From positions 1 to 19,821 of the forward strand of contig CAXTKV010000089.1 of the NCBI GenBank assembly GCA_964244895.1: 19,821 nucleotides of DNA, written 5' to 3'. A program made the position numbers and the translations under genes. The notes beneath the pieces are model-generated. The model was not told the origin of the DNA and did no database searches. It saw only the letters and a program-made list of their open reading frames with translations. This document shows positions 16,229-19,821 of this stretch, piece after piece. The DNA is from an uncultured Deinococcales bacterium (GTDB lineage: Bacteria > Deinococcota > Deinococci > Deinococcales > JAAFIG01). The stretch's first letter is position 1, and every line of letters begins with the position of its first letter.

Positions 16229-18697
16229 CTAGGGCAGCGTACCGATGTAGCTCGGTCCGGTCGCCCCGGTGTTTCCGGCGGCATCGAAGGCCTGGACGTA
16301 GATGGCATACATCGTGGCCGGTGCCAGGGTGGTGATGGTCAGGGTCGTGTCCGCCGTGGTTCCGACCTTGACGAGCGGACCGGTGGGAATGGCCCGTGGA
16401 CCGACGGACTGGGCGAAAATATCGTATCCGGCGACGCCCTTGTTGTCGGTCGCAGCAGTCCACGACACCAACGCGGTGGTACTCGTGATGTTGGTGATGC
16501 TCGAGCTGAGCACGCCCGTCGGCGAGAGCAGATCCGTTCCGGCTGGATAGACGGTGTAGTTGAAGGTGAAATCGGTCGTACCTTCAACGTTCGTGCCCCG
16601 GATCGTGGCGGTGTAATCGCCGGGGGCGGCGCTGACCGGGTTCCAGCTGACCACGCCAGTCGCGGAATCGACGCTCATGCTCGCCGGACCGGACAGCACG
16701 GACAGGGTCGGCTTGGGCAGTCCGGAGGTGCTGAGGATGTAGCTTTGCCCCGTGGTCGAGTGCGCCGTCGTGGAAATCACCATCAGCCCCTCGCCGACCA
16801 CACCGACGATCTGCTCCGGGAAGCCCGGTAAGCCGAAGGCTGGCGCGTGGAAGATGCTGGGCAGCGAGTTGGTCGTGACATCCACCTGGTTGCCCGCCAG
16901 CACGGGCGAAAGGTTGAAGGCGGCATCGTAGGCCACGATCCGCAGCAGGTGTCTCGAGTTGGGTAAGAGGTTGGTGATGGTCGCCGTGGTTCCCGTGATA
17001 CCGTCCAGCCGCAGGGTCGTCAGACCAGACGCCACGTCGATGTCATACGCGCGGTAGCCGACAATCGGCACGGGGCCGACCGAAGCCGTCCAGGACAGAC
17101 CAACCGAAACTTGCGTGGTGGCCGTGACGGTCAGGTTCGTGGGTGAGGCTGGTTGCAAAGTGGTGACTGGAAGGAGTGCGGAATTGGCGGACACGCTCCC
17201 GGCAGAAGAAAATGCGGTGACGAAAAAACTGTGCGCCGAGCCCGCCGTCAAGCCCGTGATGTTCGCCGTGGTCGCGCTGCCCTGAGCCACCGCTGTAATG
17301 CGGCAACCGCTGCGGGTGCAGGGTCCCGTCCGGTCGCTGACCACGTAGCTGATCGAGCCGAGGACAGCGGTCGATGGATCCCACGAAAGGGTCAGCCCGG
17401 TTTCGGTGATGTTCGATGCAACCAGCCCAGTCGGTGCTGAAGGCGGTGGCGCGGTCACGGTGATGGTGAAATCCTGGTTGACCGCGCCCTCGATGCTCGA
17501 GGCGCGCAGGGTCACCGCCTGAGTCCCAAATTGCGCGACCGTCGGCGTCCAAGAAACCAGCCCGGTGTTGGCATCCACCGTCATCCCCGTCGGTCCAGTC
17601 ACGAGCGAGAAGGTCGGCGTCGGCTTGCCGCTGGCCGCGAGCTGGTAACTGTAGGCTTGGTTGATGACCACCGTGGTCGCGGGCGTCGAGGTGATGATCG
17701 GGGCGGCACCCGACTGTGGGCTGATCCAGACCGAGGCCAGATTGGCGTTCGCGGCGTTAATGCCGCCCACGACCATGATTTTTCCCGTCGAATCAATCGC
17801 GGCGCTGGCGGCGCTGGTGGCGACCGGCAGGGGAGCCTCGAGGTTCCAGGTGTTGCTGACGGTGTTGTAGACCTGAACGGTGTTGACTGGCGCGGTGCCA
17901 TTCGAGCCACCCAGCACGTAGATCAAGTTGTTGCGGCCCGCCACGACCGCAGCGTTTTGCACCGCCACCGGCATCGCGGCAACCGTCGTCCAAGCGCCGC
18001 CCGAAAGCCGGTAGGTCGTGCTCGATGCTGCCCCAGCCGCGTTGGCTCCACCGAAGACGTACAGATCCAAGCCGGTGCTGGTGGCGGCTGCGCCGAGGCG
18101 AGCCTCGGGCAGGGGTGGCTGGGCGAACCATCTTCCCCCACCGAAGGATTCCACCGACGCGAGCACGTTCCCCAGATCGTCCCGCCCACCGATCGCGTAA
18201 ATCAGCCCAGAGGCGTTGGCGAACGCGTGCTGCGTGCGGGGCGTGGTCATGCTCGGCAGGCTCGAGCTGCGGTTGGCGGTCGGATCGTACCCGATGCTGC
18301 CCTTATCCACTTTCTTGTCCGCGCCACCGAACACGGCGACCACACCGGTGCTGAGCAGCCCGGCTCCCGGCGCGACCCGGACGTGATCCAGCGTGCCGGG
18401 ACTCGTCCAGGCGTTCGCACCGGGTGCGAGTTTCAAGACTGAAGTCGGCGCTGTGGCGCTCGAGCCGCCCAGCAAAAGCACGCTGCCATCAGCCAGGGAC
18501 ACGCTGGCGGCTTGGCTGCGCGGTGCGGGCAATCCCGCTCCAGCCGTCCAGGAAAGCGGGTTGGCGGTGCTGTTCGAGGTGACGGGGCCGGGTGTTGCGG
18601 AAGCGTTCGGCGGAGCCACTGACGTGTTCGCGCCGCACGAGGCCAACGCGAGCGCGACGGTCAGCAAAAAACTGGTTCTGAGCGCGGTATTTGTCAT
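16229..18697 (-). CDS. Surface lipoprotein with Kelch beta-propeller, putative Ig (He_PIG-like) and fibronectin type III domains
   Basis: Lipobox LALASC; about 6 Kelch repeats (LLGG, VFGG, AIGG, VFGG, VLGG, VVGG, with W..P..R); two GP.xM.VD..TG.VSW.P modules; three FN3 modules (SW.A/P..Y..L....Y.V.A.DAAGN-like). Confidence 0.88.
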   Translation of the reverse strand: MTNTALRTSFLLTVALALASCGANTSVAPPNASATPGPVTSNSTANPLSWTAGAGLPAPRSQAASVSLADGSVLLLGGSSATAPTSVLKLAPGANAWTSPGTLDHVRVAPGAGLLSTGVVAVFGGADKKVDKGSIGYDPTANRSSSLPSMTTPRTQHAFANASGLIYAIGGRDDLGNVLASVESFGGGRWFAQPPLPEARLGAAATSTGLDLYVFGGANAAGAASSTTYRLSGGAWTTVAAMPVAVQNAAVVAGRNNLIYVLGGSNGTAPVNTVQVYNTVSNTWNLEAPLPVATSAASAAIDSTGKIMVVGGINAANANLASVWISPQSGAAPIITSTPATTVVINQAYSYQLAASGKPTPTFSLVTGPTGMTVDANTGLVSWTPTVAQFGTQAVTLRASSIEGAVNQDFTITVTAPPPSAPTGLVASNITETGLTLSWDPSTAVLGSISYVVSDRTGPCTRSGCRITAVAQGSATTANITGLTAGSAHSFFVTAFSSAGSVSANSALLPVTTLQPASPTNLTVTATTQVSVGLSWTASVGPVPIVGYRAYDIDVASGLTTLRLDGITGTTATITNLLPNSRHLLRIVAYDAAFNLSPVLAGNQVDVTTNSLPSIFHAPAFGLPGFPEQIVGVVGEGLMVISTTAHSTTGQSYILSTSGLPKPTLSVLSGPASMSVDSATGVVSWNPVSAAPGDYTATIRGTNVEGTTDFTFNYTVYPAGTDLLSPTGVLSSSITNITSTTALVSWTAATDNKGVAGYDIFAQSVGPRAIPTGPLVKVGTTADTTLTITTLAPATMYAIYVQAFDAAGNTGATGPSYIGTLP

Positions 18698-19317
18698 TTT
18701 CCCCCCTGAGAGTCAATGCGATGAGCGAATGGTCGAAATAGAAGTTATTGACACGTATTGTGCTTTCGGTCTGAGCAAAGGGTTCTGGCATCCTGAGAAT
18801 AAATTTGAGTTGAAGCCGCAAAAATAACGAAATGATTCGCTCAAACGCGATTCATTCACAAAAGGTAACGATTTTCTTTTTCGCTAAAATTGTTTTAAAA
18901 TTGGCAGCAATCGACTTTTCGGACTCTTTAAGCGAGTGTTTATTTGATCCTCAGCGTTGCGTGAGAGCATCATCGGTAGCAAGCTGAACTGAAACTGAAT
19001 AACCGACGCGCCCGCCCGACCAAAGCGCATAGACCTTGGTCGGATAGATCGAGATTTGCGCGCCGACATCGATTGATTCCGTGCGAACGGAAGCTCGAGC
19101 AGCATTCAGCCACCACAAAACCGAATGCGATGCGAGTGCGCTCGAGGCTGAACGCGAGCCTCATCTGGAAAAATGGACGCGAGGCTCGCCCCGATGCGGA
19201 CTCAAAGACCTGCCGGTCGGACATTGCGCCCGCCTGACAACCGCCGGGACGCGCCGCTCGAGGTCTCGACTGCGGGGCTAAGAGACGCAGCCGGGCTCGG
19301 ATCAAAAACGGTCTTCG

Positions 19318-19800
19318 CTACACGTCCCCGGCGAGGCCGACCTCGACAACCTGATTTCCCTCGAAGCGCGCGCCGATACCGTGCTCCACGTCCCAGGTGC
19401 ATTCGTAGCTGAGGCTGAGGGCGTGCTGATGCAAGAACAGCGATGGTGCGCTCAACAACGCCTCGAACGCCGACACGTCAGCGACTTTCGGCGCGAGTCG
19501 ATCCGCGAACGCAGGGCCGATGGCATCGGCGTACACGACCCACCATTCGTCGCGGTACTTCTCGAACATCGCCTGAAGAACCTGGCGTTTGCGTTCCGAC
19601 TGGTGGGTCACAAAATCCGTGAATGCCGCGCGCTGCGCGTCGGTCACGCCCAGACTCGCGGTCGTCTCGAGCATCACGCCCACGGAACCGCCGAACGATT
19701 CGAGTTCGACGGAACCCTGGTACAGCCTTCTTTCGTCATCCGGTCGCCCGAGCACGTCCCGCAATGCACCCAGAACGGGATCAAAGATGAGGTCTGGCAT
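19318..19800 (-). CDS. Hypothetical protein (DUF6985-like, C-terminal CTWDVEHGIG motif)
   Basis: 160-aa ORF with ATG 5 nt after TAGACT (19806-19811). The YECTWDVEHGIGARFEG motif resembles an uncharacterised family from memory only. Confidence 0.7.
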   Translation of the reverse strand: MPDLIFDPVLGALRDVLGRPDDERRLYQGSVELESFGGSVGVMLETTASLGVTDAQRAAFTDFVTHQSERKRQVLQAMFEKYRDEWWVVYADAIGPAFADRLAPKVADVSAFEALLSAPSLFLHQHALSLSYECTWDVEHGIGARFEGNQVVEVGLAGDV

Positions 19801-19821
19801 GCGCGAGTCTACCAAAGCCCC

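Noticed and set aside
18740..19100. c-di-GMP riboswitch or DdrO/RDRM operator
   Set aside because: Only fragmentary resemblance; conserved cores could not be assembled on either strand.
19300..19316. AACGGTCTT half-site of the repeat near the last gene's stop
   Set aside because: Only half of the core matches, which is too short to call.
18884..19412. Several short overlapping ORFs
   Set aside because: No convincing RBS or leaderless promoter, Arg/Pro-rich off-frame composition, and no motifs.

Overview
This is a high-GC (roughly 65% by eye) chromosomal window, most likely from a Deinococcota bacterium. That assignment is an inference from gene styles and from many leaderless genes with TANNNT 5-6 nt before the start codon. 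Genes in order: 3' part of a PolX-PHP gene, nth, a membrane-anchored Q/N/G/D-rich hypothetical protein, a MalT-like ATPase/BTAD regulator, a D-threonine aldolase-like PLP enzyme, fabF, acpP, an RsmC-like methyltransferase, a secreted TPR protein, a patatin, a 71-aa small protein, a FecCD/BtuC-family ABC importer (3 genes), a Kelch-Ig-FN3 lipoprotein and a small hypothetical protein. No transposase, CRISPR array, tRNA or rRNA was seen. The most striking signals are non-coding. (1) About 20 copies, at 11 intergenic loci, of a palindromic unit CTCGAG-N5/6-CGT(N5)ACG-N5/6-CTCGAG, usually in doublets with a near-fixed 35-bp period. (2) CTCGAG occurs about 90 times by hand count versus about 7 expected, a HIP1-like excess that may be mechanistically linked to the repeat. 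(3) A self-contained candidate sRNA of about 90 nt with a GNRA hairpin and a C-rich terminator loop lies downstream of fabF. The PolX also appears catalytically non-canonical.
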